DNA of 64,000 nt from positions 160,001-224,000 of the forward strand of contig JAWSUS010000002.1 in the NCBI GenBank assembly GCA_033549025.1. The letters run 5' to 3'. This DNA is from Desulfuromonadales bacterium. GTDB taxonomy: Bacteria; Desulfobacterota; Desulfuromonadia; Desulfuromonadales; SZUA-540. The notes under the pieces were generated by a model. The model was not told the origin of the DNA. It made no database searches and saw only the letters and a list, made by a program, of their open reading frames with translations. A program made the translations under genes and the position numbers. Numbering within the stretch: position 1 is the stretch's first letter; each line of letters opens with the position of its first letter. Of this stretch, positions 48,318-58,598 are shown piece after piece.

Positions 48318-49916
48318 TCAGATCAGGCGGAGCAGGGCGAGGTTGACGAGTCCGATGAGAAAGCCGAGCAGGGCGCCGAAGAGGTTGATGTACTTGAACT
48401 GCTCTTTCATGATGCCCATGAGCAGCCCTTCCACCTTGAGGATATCGAGGGAATTGACTTTCTCCTCCACCATGCGGCTGACGTTGAGGGTTTCCACCAG
48501 GGGCGGCACTTCCTTCTTGAGCAGCTCGGCCAGCTGCCCGTAGAGGCCGTCCACCAGCTCTTCGCGTACGTCCGCCGGAATACGGGCCGACAGCTTGCCC
48601 AGGGGGCGGCCGAAAAGCCAGTTTTCCAGCCAGTTGGACAACAGGGCGTCGAGGGCGTCCCGCGCCTCGGTGGAGCGCAGCAGGGCCAGCAGGCGCTCGG
48701 CGGCATAGTCGCGCCCCTGCTGCAAGCCCCCGGACGGCAGGGCCTTTTCCAGCAGGGAGGCAAAGGAGCGATCCTTGATCTTTTCAAGACCGCTCTCGGT
48801 CAGCAGCAGCAGAGAATCGACGGCCTTGCGGCTCTGCACCATCGTCACCACGCGCTCGCGGGCGAAGCGACGCATCCCCGCCACTTTTTCGTAGGAGACT
48901 TTTTCCAGGTAACTCGACAGCGGACGGTCGAGCAGAACGCCGACGCGCTCCCGCAGCAGGGCGGCCACTTCGGCCTGCGTCTTTTCTTCCCGCAGCCAGC
49001 GGGCGATTTCGTCCCCGGCCTTGTCGAGAAACTCGGGGATGCGGGCGTAGATCTTGTCCATGTTGATAAAGCCGGCCAGCAGCCCCGACAGCCCGCCGAG
49101 GGAGTCGAGAAAGCCCTCGATACCCTCGCGCCCTTTCTGCACCAGGCGCTGGCGGAAGTCGGGATCGTAGAGCATGCCGCCGAACTTCTCCAGCAGGGGA
49201 GGAATCTCCTTCTCCATCTGGACCAGGATCACCTCGACCAGATCCGCCGGCAGCAGTTCGCGGATCGACCGCGGCGAGGCCAGCAGACGTTCGCTGCGGC
49301 TGTCGACGAACGTGCCGACGGCGCGGCCGACGGCGGGGGAGGTCAGCAGCGTCGTGAGACGATCATCGAGATGGCCGCGCAGACCGCTGTAGCGCTCCGG
49401 CGTCAGAAAGCTCTCCAGATCGCGGGCCAGCAGTTCATCCCCCTTGCGCTGCAGATAACCGCGCAGCGCCTGCTCGAAGGCCTCGGAGTCGGCGTAGGCG
49501 AAGACCGACTTGACCACCTTGTAGCGCAGCAGATCGACCAGGTCGCGAAAACGGCCGCGGAAATCGACGGGCACCAGCGACTCGACGGTGCCCAGATCCC
49601 GATCGAGGAAGCTGCCGAGTTTGTCGGCTACCGCCCCCTTGAGTTCACGGCGGAAGCCTTCTTTTTCCAGCGCCCGGCCGACATCTTCGGAAGTCAGCAG
49701 GTGGCTGCCGACCATCTCGCCCATCTTCTCCGCCAGTTCGCCGCGCTTGGCCGGAATGATCCCCGGCGTCAAGGGCAGGCGAATCCCGAGGATGCGCCAG
49801 GGGCGTAAGGGGCGAAAGAGCATGCGGATGGCGATGTAGTTGGTCACATAGCCGATCAGGGCCCCAAGCAGGGGCGGCAGCAGATAAGGCAGGAGCTGTT
49901 CGTAGGACATCGTCAT
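48318..49916 (-). CDS. DUF445 family membrane-anchored helical protein
   Basis: N-terminal GALIGYVTNYIAIRMLFRP..PGIIP and C-terminal I...GALLGFLIG. Start is one of several nearby ATGs. Confidence 0.82.
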   Translation of the reverse strand: MTMSYEQLLPYLLPPLLGALIGYVTNYIAIRMLFRPLRPWRILGIRLPLTPGIIPAKRGELAEKMGEMVGSHLLTSEDVGRALEKEGFRRELKGAVADKLGSFLDRDLGTVESLVPVDFRGRFRDLVDLLRYKVVKSVFAYADSEAFEQALRGYLQRKGDELLARDLESFLTPERYSGLRGHLDDRLTTLLTSPAVGRAVGTFVDSRSERLLASPRSIRELLPADLVEVILVQMEKEIPPLLEKFGGMLYDPDFRQRLVQKGREGIEGFLDSLGGLSGLLAGFINMDKIYARIPEFLDKAGDEIARWLREEKTQAEVAALLRERVGVLLDRPLSSYLEKVSYEKVAGMRRFARERVVTMVQSRKAVDSLLLLTESGLEKIKDRSFASLLEKALPSGGLQQGRDYAAERLLALLRSTEARDALDALLSNWLENWLFGRPLGKLSARIPADVREELVDGLYGQLAELLKKEVPPLVETLNVSRMVEEKVNSLDILKVEGLLMGIMKEQFKYINLFGALLGFLIGLVNLALLRLI

Positions 49917-49951
49917 AATCAACCGGTCAGAGCGGGCTCAGGCAGAGACGC

Positions 49952-50947
49952 TCAGCCCTCCATCTCGATCAGGGAGTGATCGCCGATATTCATGCGGCGC
50001 GGATTGCCCACCAGGGCGACGGCGTCGCCGAGGATCGAATCGCGCAGCACCATGCCGCGCACCTGGGAATCGGTGTTGATGATGGAATCGCGGATGACGC
50101 TCCCTTCAATGAGGCAGCCGGCCGCCACCGACACGTTGGGACCGATGACACTGTTGCGCACCACCGCGCCCCGGCCAATATGCACCGGCTCAATGAGCAC
50201 GGTGTTGTCCGCCTGGCCGTGGCAATGATGGCGCTCCTTGAGCAGGTAGCGGTTGGTCTCCAGCAGGGTTTCGGGCTTGCCGCAGTCGAGCCAGGCGTCG
50301 ATTTCGGGTGCACGGAATTTCAGGCCGTCGCCGATCATGTTCATGAAGACGGCGGGCAGATAATATTCCCCCTTGACCGTCTCGCCGGCCTCGATGGTCT
50401 TATGCAGGTAGTCCATGAAGCGGGCGCCGTCCTTGAGGTAATAGAGGCCGACCTGGGCCAGACGCGAGATGGGGGTGTCGGGCTTCTCCACCATGTCGAC
50501 GATATAATCGCCCCGCAGCACGTTGACGCCGAAGCGCTGGTAGTCCTCGACCTCCTTGGAATAGATGAGGCCGTCACAGTCACCGCACAGCGCCTGCAGG
50601 CGCGTCAGGTCGGTCACGAAAATGGTGTCGTTGAACACCACCAGCACATCATCGCCGGGGCGGATGCGCGGCGACGCCAGGGCAACGGCATGGGCCGGGC
50701 CGAGGCGCTCTTTCTGCACGATATAGCTGCAGGACAGGGCCGGGAAGGTCTCCGTCATGAAGCGCTCGATCTGGCCACCATTTTCGTCGGTGATGAAGAT
50801 GTACTCCTCGGCCTGCAGGGGCGCCAGCCGACTGACGATGTGCTCGAGCACCGTCTTGCCGGCGACATGGACGAGGGACTTGGCTTTGGTATGGGTATGG
50901 GGCCGCAGGCGCGTGCCTTTGCCAGCCACCGGCAGAATAATCTTCAT
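49952..50947 (-). CDS. Sugar-phosphate nucleotidyltransferase with a C-terminal left-handed beta-helix
   Basis: AGKGTRLRP.T, Q.ERLG.AHAV, VEKP, WLDCGK and C-terminal hexapeptide repeats. Confidence 0.88.
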   Translation of the reverse strand: MKIILPVAGKGTRLRPHTHTKAKSLVHVAGKTVLEHIVSRLAPLQAEEYIFITDENGGQIERFMTETFPALSCSYIVQKERLGPAHAVALASPRIRPGDDVLVVFNDTIFVTDLTRLQALCGDCDGLIYSKEVEDYQRFGVNVLRGDYIVDMVEKPDTPISRLAQVGLYYLKDGARFMDYLHKTIEAGETVKGEYYLPAVFMNMIGDGLKFRAPEIDAWLDCGKPETLLETNRYLLKERHHCHGQADNTVLIEPVHIGRGAVVRNSVIGPNVSVAAGCLIEGSVIRDSIINTDSQVRGMVLRDSILGDAVALVGNPRRMNIGDHSLIEMEG

Positions 50948-51053
50948 GGTGCCTCCTGGGAAGGGATTGTCATCTTCGCTAAGCTTGCGTAAGATGCATT
51001 CTTTTCAACGATATTCCAGCCGCGCTAAGGCGCCGCCGTGGAAAGGATAAAAG

Positions 51054-51923
51054 ATGAAAGACCATCTGGTACGTATCGTCAGCCGCGACGGTTCCCTGCG
51101 AGCCGCTGCCGCCACCACCACCGTCCTGGCCGAGGCCATCTGTTCCCGGCAGGGAACCGACGCCACCGCTGCCGTCGCCCTTGGCCGCCTGGTCACGGGG
51201 ACGGCGCTGCTCGGTAGCCTGCTAAAGGGCGATCAGCGCCTGGCCCTGATGATCGAGGGCAACGGCCCCCTGCAGAAGCTGCAGGCCGAGACCGATGCCG
51301 ACGGCCATGTGCGGGGCTCCATCCGCGTCCCCGTTGCCGACCTGCCCCTGCGGGAAGGCCGCTTCGACGTTGCGGGCGCCATCGGCCGCGCCGGTTTTCT
51401 CCACGTGGTCAAGGACCTGGGACTCAAGGAGCCCTACCGCGGCATGGTACAGCTCTATACCAGCGAGGTGGCCGAAGACCTCGCCTACTATCTTACCACC
51501 TCCGAACAGGTGCCGTCGTCGGTCGGTCTCGGCGTCTACATCGAAGCCGACGGCACCATCTCCAGCGCCGGCGGCTTTCTCGTACAATCCCTACCAAACG
51601 CCCGTGAGGAGACCCTGGCCCAACTCGAAAAACGTCTTACCGACCTGCCGCCGCTGACCACCCTTCTCCGTCAGGGGCTGGCTCCCGTACAGATTCTGGA
51701 GACCCTCTTTGAGGGCATTCCCTTCGACATCCTGGCGCAGACCGATCTGGAATTCCGCTGCAATTGCCGTCGGGAACAGGTTCGTCAGGTGCTGCGCTCC
51801 CTGGGCCGGGAGGAGCTGCGGGAACTCAGCGAGCGCGAGGAGGCGACCACGGTAACCTGTGAGTTCTGCAAGGAGGTCTACGCCTTCGACGGGAAGGAAC
51901 TGCAGGAGCTGCTTGACGCCTGA
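51054..51923 (+). CDS. hslO: Hsp33 redox-regulated chaperone
   Basis: GNGPL, KDLGLKEPY.G, EDLAYYLTTSEQVPS and the C-terminal CNC...CEFC zinc switch. Confidence 0.94.
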   Translation: MKDHLVRIVSRDGSLRAAAATTTVLAEAICSRQGTDATAAVALGRLVTGTALLGSLLKGDQRLALMIEGNGPLQKLQAETDADGHVRGSIRVPVADLPLREGRFDVAGAIGRAGFLHVVKDLGLKEPYRGMVQLYTSEVAEDLAYYLTTSEQVPSSVGLGVYIEADGTISSAGGFLVQSLPNAREETLAQLEKRLTDLPPLTTLLRQGLAPVQILETLFEGIPFDILAQTDLEFRCNCRREQVRQVLRSLGREELRELSEREEATTVTCEFCKEVYAFDGKELQELLDA

Positions 51924-51929
51924 GCGGCG

Positions 51930-53273
51930 TCAATCTTCCTCGACGATCTCGCCGATCAGGTCGTATTCGGAAGAGTCGGTGATGCGCAGGGCGACGATGT
52001 CGCCGACCTCGGCATAGCCGGCCGTGATATACACCTGCCCGTCGATATCGGGGGCCTGCCGAATGGAGCGACCGCGCAGGAGCAACTCCGTTTCCTCGCT
52101 GTAGCCCTCCACCAACACCGGCTCGACGCGCCCCTTCAGAGCGCGGTTCTTGCGGAAAGAGACCCGGCTCTGGGCCTTCATCATCTTGTTGTAGCGGGCA
52201 TTTTTGGTGCGCTCGGGCACCTGCTCCTCCATGGCGGCCGCCGCCGTCCCTTCCTCCCGCGAATAGCGAAAGACCCCCACCCGTTCAAAGTGCCCTTCGT
52301 TGACGAAATCGAGCAGGCGCTGGAACTCCTCCTCCGTCTCGCCGGGAAAACCGACGATAAACGAGGTGCGCAGGGTCACATCGGGGATGCGCTGGCGCAG
52401 GCGTTCGACCAGGCGGCGGATGCCGGCGGAGTCGATGCGGCGGTTCATCAGCCCCAGGATACGGTCGTCGAAATGCTGCAGCGGAATATCGAGGTAGTTG
52501 CAGATTTTCTCTTCGGCGGCGATAAGGTCGATGAGTTCGTCGCTCACGCCGTCGGGATAGGCATAGAGCAGCCGCAGCCAGGGGAGCTCCTCGATCTTGA
52601 CCAGCTCTCGCAGCAGGTCCTCCAGACGGGTGCCGTCGTCGCGGTCGGCGCCGTAGGCGGTAATATCCTGGGCAATGAGATTGATCTCCTTAACCCCTGA
52701 CGCCACCAGGCGGCGCACCTCGCTGACCACCGAGTCGATGCTGCGGGAACGCAGGGTGCCGCGCAGCTGGGGAATGACGCAGTAGGAACAGTAATTGGCG
52801 CAGCCCTCGGCGATCTTGACGTAGGTCGAATAAAAGGGGGAGGAGGTCACCCGGGGGGTCAGATGATCGTAGAGAAAATCCGGGGCGCTGACGGCGTACA
52901 AAGGCTCCTGGGCCGCCGAGCGCGCTTCGATCAGCTCGACGATACGGGCCGCATCGGCCGTCCCCATGAAAAGGTCGACCTCGGGCAGCTCGGCCGCCAG
53001 CTCCTCCTGGTAGCGCTGCGGCAGGCAGCCGCTCACCACCAGCAACCGGCAGCGCCCTTCCTTTTTGTAGTCGGCCACTTCCAGAATCGTCTCGATGGAC
53101 TCTTCCTTGGCGTCGTGGATGAAGGCGCAGGTATTGACGATGATGATGTCCGCCTGCGATTCGTCGGTGACGATCTCGAAGCGGTCGGCGGGAAGATGGC
53201 CGAGCATGACCTCGGCGTCGACCAGGTTTTTCGGGCAACCCAGGCTGACCAGACTGACTTTCTCTTTTTTCAA
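51930..53273 (-). CDS. rimO: Ribosomal protein S12 methylthiotransferase
   Basis: [22 protein letters not shown], radical [18 protein letters not shown] (TRAM). TTG start. Confidence 0.95.
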   Translation of the reverse strand: MKKEKVSLVSLGCPKNLVDAEVMLGHLPADRFEIVTDESQADIIIVNTCAFIHDAKEESIETILEVADYKKEGRCRLLVVSGCLPQRYQEELAAELPEVDLFMGTADAARIVELIEARSAAQEPLYAVSAPDFLYDHLTPRVTSSPFYSTYVKIAEGCANYCSYCVIPQLRGTLRSRSIDSVVSEVRRLVASGVKEINLIAQDITAYGADRDDGTRLEDLLRELVKIEELPWLRLLYAYPDGVSDELIDLIAAEEKICNYLDIPLQHFDDRILGLMNRRIDSAGIRRLVERLRQRIPDVTLRTSFIVGFPGETEEEFQRLLDFVNEGHFERVGVFRYSREEGTAAAAMEEQVPERTKNARYNKMMKAQSRVSFRKNRALKGRVEPVLVEGYSEETELLLRGRSIRQAPDIDGQVYITAGYAEVGDIVALRITDSSEYDLIGEIVEED

Positions 53274-53339
53274 GGCGTGTATCCCGTCTCCATGTGATAG
53301 CTGTGCCGTTTTATTTTCTGCCCTGAAAAGACCCGAGCC

Positions 53340-53825
53340 CTAAGAGCGCATGTTGATGAACTGCAGTTCGACGTCGAGATCCTGCCCTTTGAGCAACTGG
53401 ATGACTTCCTGCAGATCGTCGATCTTCTTGCCGGTCACCCGGACCTGATCTTCCATGATCTGCGGCTGCACTTTGAGTTTGCTGTCCTTGATGAGCTTGA
53501 TGATCTCCTTGCCTTTTTCCTTGGAGATGCCCTGCACGATGCCGACACGCTGCCGGACAGCGCCGGCGGAGGCCGGCTCTTTCTTGCCGAAATCGAGGCA
53601 TTTGGGCGACACCTGGCGACGCACCAGCTTGCCTTTGAGAATATCGACGATGGCCTGCAGCTTGTAGTCGTCGGCGGCCAGGATGGCGATGGCCTCCTTT
53701 TCCAGCGTCACCTCGTTGGCCGACCCTTTAAAGTCGAAACGCTGGCTGATCTCCTTCACCGTCTGATTGACGGCGTTATCTACCTCCTGCATATCCACCT
53801 TGGATACGATGTCAAAACTCGGCAT
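53340..53825 (-). CDS. yajQ: YajQ family nucleotide/c-di-GMP-binding protein
   Basis: [35 protein letters not shown]. Confidence 0.95.
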   Translation of the reverse strand: MPSFDIVSKVDMQEVDNAVNQTVKEISQRFDFKGSANEVTLEKEAIAILAADDYKLQAIVDILKGKLVRRQVSPKCLDFGKKEPASAGAVRQRVGIVQGISKEKGKEIIKLIKDSKLKVQPQIMEDQVRVTGKKIDDLQEVIQLLKGQDLDVELQFINMRS

Positions 53826-53933
53826 GTGACCCTCCCTGTGGCATGAGAATAAACGTCTTAAAGAACGTCATTGAAACAGGTACTTATAGCACGTACCCGG
53901 ATGAATGAAAAGTCTCTTTCGGGGGCATCGCCC

Positions 53934-54710
53934 CTAGAAGGCTGGCCCGAACTGGTCGGGCGTCACCACTTCGACACCCTCGGGCACCTGAAAGGTAAAC
54001 CGGCCGTCGGCCAGCTTCGGGTTGATGCGCACCCCGGCAAAGGTCAGGTGGGTCCGGTTGTCGTTCGTGTCGACGATCTCCACCGTCCGCAGAGGAAAGA
54101 CCGGCTCGCCCCCCCGGCTCAGCACCGCTTCCTTGGCCACGGCCAGACGCAGGCTCTGCACCATGGCGGACGGTTTCTTCGGCGCCAGCGCCAGCAGGTA
54201 GTTGCCGTCCTGGTCCTGGCGCGGGCTGGCCCAGGACAGGGTGAAATTCTCCGACAGGTTGCCGAGCCCAGTGATGAAGGCCAGAGGATTTTCCTGGGCC
54301 TGACCGGCGCCCACCTCCGCCAGGGAGCTCTGGAGCACCTGCTGGTTCTCCGGCAGGTAAACCCAGACCGTCTCGCCATCGGAGACGATCTCCTGGCTGG
54401 AAGGCTTGGTGTAGATCCAGCGGAATCTGACCTTGGCCGGCGCCTCTTTTTCCGGCGGGACAAATTTCACCTGCATGAGGCCGCTGCCCTGCTGGCTCTG
54501 TTCGAGGGAGGCAATCATCGACTGCTGTTCAAAGGCCGCCTCGAAAGCCGTAATGGCCTGCCGCCCGCTGGAGTCGGGGCGGAAAGGGGCTTCCACGGCC
54601 TCAACCACGTGCGCCAGTTCCGGCTCCTGGGCGGGCGCCTCCCCGGCAACCTGCAGCAGAACAAGCGCGCTAAAAATCGTCAAAAAAATCTTCAGGCGGT
54701 ACCATGCCAT
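53934..54710 (-). CDS. lolA: Outer-membrane lipoprotein carrier LolA family protein
   Basis: Signal peptide, A.FEQ, FRWIY.KP..QEIVSDGETVWVY.PE..QV, F.F..PEGVEVV. Confidence 0.82.
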   Translation of the reverse strand: MAWYRLKIFLTIFSALVLLQVAGEAPAQEPELAHVVEAVEAPFRPDSSGRQAITAFEAAFEQQSMIASLEQSQQGSGLMQVKFVPPEKEAPAKVRFRWIYTKPSSQEIVSDGETVWVYLPENQQVLQSSLAEVGAGQAQENPLAFITGLGNLSENFTLSWASPRQDQDGNYLLALAPKKPSAMVQSLRLAVAKEAVLSRGGEPVFPLRTVEIVDTNDNRTHLTFAGVRINPKLADGRFTFQVPEGVEVVTPDQFGPAF

Positions 54711-54729
54711 CGTATCAACCTCCGTGTTG

Positions 54730-55227
54730 TCAAATCAGGTAATCGGACTGGGGTCCGCACACCGTTCTCACCCGAACCTGGCCCGTCGCCAGATCGAATT
54801 CCAGCGTGCGCCCGAAATCCCCCCCCACATCCTCGCCCCGCAGGGGAATGTTCAAGGACTGCAGGGTCTGCCGGGCCTGGCGCACGTTGCGCGCCCCCAC
54901 CCTCTCCTCGGCCGACCCCGGCAGGGACGCAAACATGTGGGCGCCGCCGGCGATTCTGGCCCACAGCCGCTGCCGGTCGGCCCCCAGGGCGGTCATCTCC
55001 GCCACCATGCCCAAAATGGCACCGTCGACAAACTTGCCCGCTTTTTCCCCCGTCGACCCCGTCGGCGGGGTCGGCAACAGCGAATGGGCCAGACCGCCCA
55101 CCTTGGCTGTCGGGTCGTAAAGCACAATCCCCAGACAGGAGCCGAGACCGGGAGCCACCAACAGCAGGGGCGCTCTGGCCACGCGGCAGGCGGCGATGCC
55201 CACCTTTTCCCTGGCCGGCACCGTCAT
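54730..55227 (-). CDS. cheD: Chemoreceptor glutamine deamidase
   Basis: LGSCLGIVLYD, GGLAHSLLP, AGGAHMF, GARN, EDVGG..GR. Confidence 0.9.
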   Translation of the reverse strand: MTVPAREKVGIAACRVARAPLLLVAPGLGSCLGIVLYDPTAKVGGLAHSLLPTPPTGSTGEKAGKFVDGAILGMVAEMTALGADRQRLWARIAGGAHMFASLPGSAEERVGARNVRQARQTLQSLNIPLRGEDVGGDFGRTLEFDLATGQVRVRTVCGPQSDYLI

Positions 55228-55847
55228 GCCTCCCCCAGCCTGCGATTGAGGGCAGCCAGCAAAGACGGGGCGGGGAGCAGAAAAAGGTGACCGACCATGG
55301 CTTCGGTCGCTTGCGGGGCGCCGACGAATTCGGTTTCCACCATCAGGACCGTATCGCCGTCAAGGCACTGGGCAATGAGGATATCGTCCACAATGGCCCC
55401 CAGCATATCGGCCGCCAGCGAGGGGGGGGAGGGCAGCAGCGCTATCCCCAGCAGGTCGCCGAGAGCACTAAGATAAACCGAGGCCAGAATGTTGGCAAGT
55501 TCCTGCAGCGCCGATGTACCGAGCTCATCCAGAACCAGTTCCGGGCCGGGATGGGAGCGGCCCAACAGACGACTCAGCAACTGGCGGGCGCTCGCTTGAG
55601 AAAGAAGGAGCAAAAGATCGCCCCTGGCATCGCCAAGGATCTGCAGCGTCATACCGACGACAGGCGTTTCGGCGCCGCCAAGCAGTTCAGGCACCTGAGC
55701 GATATCGACCTCGGCGACGCGGGGCACCCGCAACTCGATCCGTTCGGAGAGAAGCTGCGAAAGGGCCGTAGCCCCCTGCCCCATGCCAATATGACTGATT
55801 TCCCGCAGGGCGTCGAGCTGCAGGGCGGTGAGGCCTTGGCCGTTCAT
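55224..55847 (-). CDS. cheC: CheY-P phosphatase CheC (DifG-like)
   Basis: DALREISHIG..ATALS and SALQELANIL...SPP motifs. Confidence 0.88.
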   Translation of the reverse strand: MNGQGLTALQLDALREISHIGMGQGATALSQLLSERIELRVPRVAEVDIAQVPELLGGAETPVVGMTLQILGDARGDLLLLLSQASARQLLSRLLGRSHPGPELVLDELGTSALQELANILASVYLSALGDLLGIALLPSPPSLAADMLGAIVDDILIAQCLDGDTVLMVETEFVGAPQATEAMVGHLFLLPAPSLLAALNRRLGEA

Positions 55848-57751
55848 CGGGAGACCCCAGGCGACTGGACATTGGGCGACTTGTAGCGCTCCTCCAGCAT
55901 GGCGGCAGGATCGATGATAAAGACGACGCGGCCGTCACCCAGCACGGTGGCGCCACTGACGCCGACAAGGTGGTCAAGGGGAAAGCTGAGGCTCTGGACG
56001 AAAACCTGGCGGTGGCCAGCCAGCTTGTCGACGACCAGGCCGACCCGCCGCCCGCGAATTTCCGTCAACACGACCGGAATGGACCCCGAAAAGGGCCGAG
56101 CCGGCAATCCGAGCATCTTGCGCAGGGACAACAGCGGCACCTCTTCCTCAATGGGTTCTTCTCCCCCAAAATCCTCGACCAGACGGATGACTTTCTGGCG
56201 ACCGGATGAGAGGATTTCCTCGGCCGTGACCTCGAGGGGGCGCTGCACCCGGGTAACCGGAATGCCCACGAGCTGTTCCTGGCAGCGGACGAGAAGGATA
56301 TGAATGATGGCTACCGACAGAGGCAGTTTGAGCAGAAAGCGCGTCCCCTGGCCGCGGCTACTGAAAATTTCCAGGGTGCCGCCGAGGTTTTCCACCGCCG
56401 ACTTGACCACGTCCATGCCGACGCCTCGCCCCGAGGTCTCCGTGACCGCCGAGGCCGTGGAAAAGCCGGGAGAGCAGATAAGCTGCAAGGCGTCAGCATC
56501 GCGCATGCCCCGCGCCTGAGCAGGGGAAAGGAGACCCTTTTCCACCGCGCGGCGCCGCAGAGCTTCGGGATCCATGCCGCGACCATTGTCGGCAACCTCC
56601 ACCAGGGCCAGATCTTTGTCGCGCCAGGCCGCCACCCTGACTTCTCCGGCTGTTTCAATACCGTGATCCACGGCATTGCGCACCATGTGCACGAGGGGAT
56701 CGGCCATCGCTTCCAGAATGGCCCGGTCCAGTTCGATATTTTCGCCGGCCAGCTGCAGGGATACTTTTTTCCCCGTACTGCGGGCCAGGTCTCTGACCAG
56801 ACGAGGTAGCCGGCCCGTGATGCTCTCCAGCGGCATCATGCGTACCTGCAGCACGTCATGGTAAAGCTCGGAGATCAATCGGTTGAGCTCATCCAACCCG
56901 TCCCTGAGACCGTCCCTGTCTTCTGCCTGGGAGGCGGAAAAAAGCTGATAGCGGTTGGTTATGAGCTCCCCCGTCAACTGGATGAACCGATCAAGCAGAT
57001 CGGTACGTACCCGGACGCTGCGGGCCGCCTCCGGCTTCTGCCTTTCCGGGGCCGGCGCCCGGGGCGACGGTTCGACCGCGGCTGGCGCCTTGGATTGCGA
57101 CGCCATCCCCGCCGGCCTGATGGCGACGCGGCTGACATCCCGGTTGCGTAGCAGGGCCGCGCGCAGATCGTCTGGCGCCAGTTCCGTATCCAGCAGCACG
57201 TGCAGACGCCGCAGCGCCCCCCCCTGACGCAGGGTGGAGGCCGTCGGCTTGCTGGCCAGCACGGTGCCGACGCTGGCCAGTTCTTTCAGCAGCAGCATCG
57301 CCCGGATGGCCGGCATTTCCGTATCCTGAGTCAGTTCGATTGCGACCTGCATCCCCTGCAGGGGTACGGAGAGGCCGCCGGGGCTGGCGGGAGCCTGGGG
57401 GGAGGCCAGAAAATCGGCCACCGGTCGCTCTGGCCGGGAAGCCTTCAGGTCCTCCAGCAACTTCTCCAGCCGATCCAGCCCGGCCATCAGGCGATCGACG
57501 GCTTCGACGGGCACCTGCCCGCTCTGCCGGAAACCGGCCAGATAGTCTTCCAGATGGTGAGCCAGCTTGGTCGTTTGCTCGTACCCCATGGAAGCGGCCA
57601 TCCCTTTGATGGAATGCGCCTCGCGGAAGAGGGCGTCGATCCCGGCCCGGTCGGCGGGATCCGCCTCCAGGGCGACAATCAGCTGTCCCATTTTCTCGAG
57701 ATGCTCGGCCGTTTCGCTCAGAAACATCTCTTTGTATTTTGACATATCCAT
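55844..57751 (-). CDS. cheA: Chemotaxis histidine kinase CheA (DifE-like)
   Basis: Hpt FREAHSIKG, P2-like insert, HMVRNAVDHG, DNGRG, SGRGVGMDVV and a C-terminal CheW domain. Confidence 0.95.
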   Translation of the reverse strand: MDMSKYKEMFLSETAEHLEKMGQLIVALEADPADRAGIDALFREAHSIKGMAASMGYEQTTKLAHHLEDYLAGFRQSGQVPVEAVDRLMAGLDRLEKLLEDLKASRPERPVADFLASPQAPASPGGLSVPLQGMQVAIELTQDTEMPAIRAMLLLKELASVGTVLASKPTASTLRQGGALRRLHVLLDTELAPDDLRAALLRNRDVSRVAIRPAGMASQSKAPAAVEPSPRAPAPERQKPEAARSVRVRTDLLDRFIQLTGELITNRYQLFSASQAEDRDGLRDGLDELNRLISELYHDVLQVRMMPLESITGRLPRLVRDLARSTGKKVSLQLAGENIELDRAILEAMADPLVHMVRNAVDHGIETAGEVRVAAWRDKDLALVEVADNGRGMDPEALRRRAVEKGLLSPAQARGMRDADALQLICSPGFSTASAVTETSGRGVGMDVVKSAVENLGGTLEIFSSRGQGTRFLLKLPLSVAIIHILLVRCQEQLVGIPVTRVQRPLEVTAEEILSSGRQKVIRLVEDFGGEEPIEEEVPLLSLRKMLGLPARPFSGSIPVVLTEIRGRRVGLVVDKLAGHRQVFVQSLSFPLDHLVGVSGATVLGDGRVVFIIDPAAMLEERYKSPNVQSPGVSR

Positions 57752-57774
57752 GTCAGTACCCGAAAAAGACCCGG

Positions 57775-58149
57775 TTAGCCGCCTGTGGCGGCAGTCAGCC
57801 GGTTCGCGACCTCAAGCACCCGCTCGGCCTTGAACGGCTTGACGATAAAGTCCCTGGCCCCCGCCTCTACGGCTTCGGCCATCAGGGTCTCCTGCCCGAG
57901 GGCGCTGCACATGACGACCTGCGCCTGCGGGTGAAAGCTCAGAATATCCTTGAGCGCCTCGATGCCGCCGCGCTGGGGCATGACGATATCCATGGTCACC
58001 AGGTCGGGACGGAGCGTGCGGTATCGTTCCACCGCCTCCTCGCCGTTGGCGGCTTCGCCGACCACCTCATGCCCTGCCTCCATGAATATCCCGCGCAGCA
58101 TGTTGCGCATGAACAGGGCGTCGTCGACGATGAGGATTCTCAGCCCCAT
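57775..58149 (-). CDS. cheY: Chemotaxis response regulator CheY (DifD-like)
   Basis: ILIVDDALFMR, PDLVTMDIVMP, MCSALGQ, FIVKPF. AGGAGG RBS. Confidence 0.92.
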   Translation of the reverse strand: MGLRILIVDDALFMRNMLRGIFMEAGHEVVGEAANGEEAVERYRTLRPDLVTMDIVMPQRGGIEALKDILSFHPQAQVVMCSALGQETLMAEAVEAGARDFIVKPFKAERVLEVANRLTAATGG

Positions 58150-58598
58150 AATGTCCTCCTGTCTGGCGCTCTGGATTCCCCCAGACCGCTTACCAGCTTT
58201 TCCACATTGAGCAGGCACAGCTCCCTGTCTTCATGCTCCACCCGGCAACGAATATAGCCTTCTTCCTCCGTCGCGGGTGCTTCGGGAATGGTCTCGGCTT
58301 CGAGCAGAACGAGCCCTTCAATGCCCTCCACCGTAAACCCCAGTACACACAAATCCGGATGGAGCACGACAACCCGCTTGTCGCGCTGGTCACTGCCAGA
58401 GTCGATCAGGGCCGGCAGGTCCAGCACGGGGACGACCTTGCCGTGAAAATTGATGGCGCCGGCATACGGGAAGCCCGCCCGGGGGATAAAATAGAATTCG
58501 GGGGCCTTGACCACTTCCTGGATCTGGGCTACCTCCACCCCGTACAACCGGCCGCCGAGTGAAAAGGTGAGTATCTGTTCGAAATTCCCTTCGCTCAT
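58140..58598 (-). CDS. cheW: Chemotaxis coupling protein CheW (DifC-like)
   Basis: TFSLG..YGVEV..IQEV, IP.A...[15 protein letters not shown]. Confidence 0.85.
   Translation of the reverse strand: MSEGNFEQILTFSLGGRLYGVEVAQIQEVVKAPEFYFIPRAGFPYAGAINFHGKVVPVLDLPALIDSGSDQRDKRVVVLHPDLCVLGFTVEGIEGLVLLEAETIPEAPATEEEGYIRCRVEHEDRELCLLNVEKLVSGLGESRAPDRRTLWG

Noticed and set aside
53871..55886. 671-aa + strand ORF across lolA-cheD-cheC
   Set aside because: Antisense, low-complexity Pro/Arg-rich translation overlapping three credible genes.
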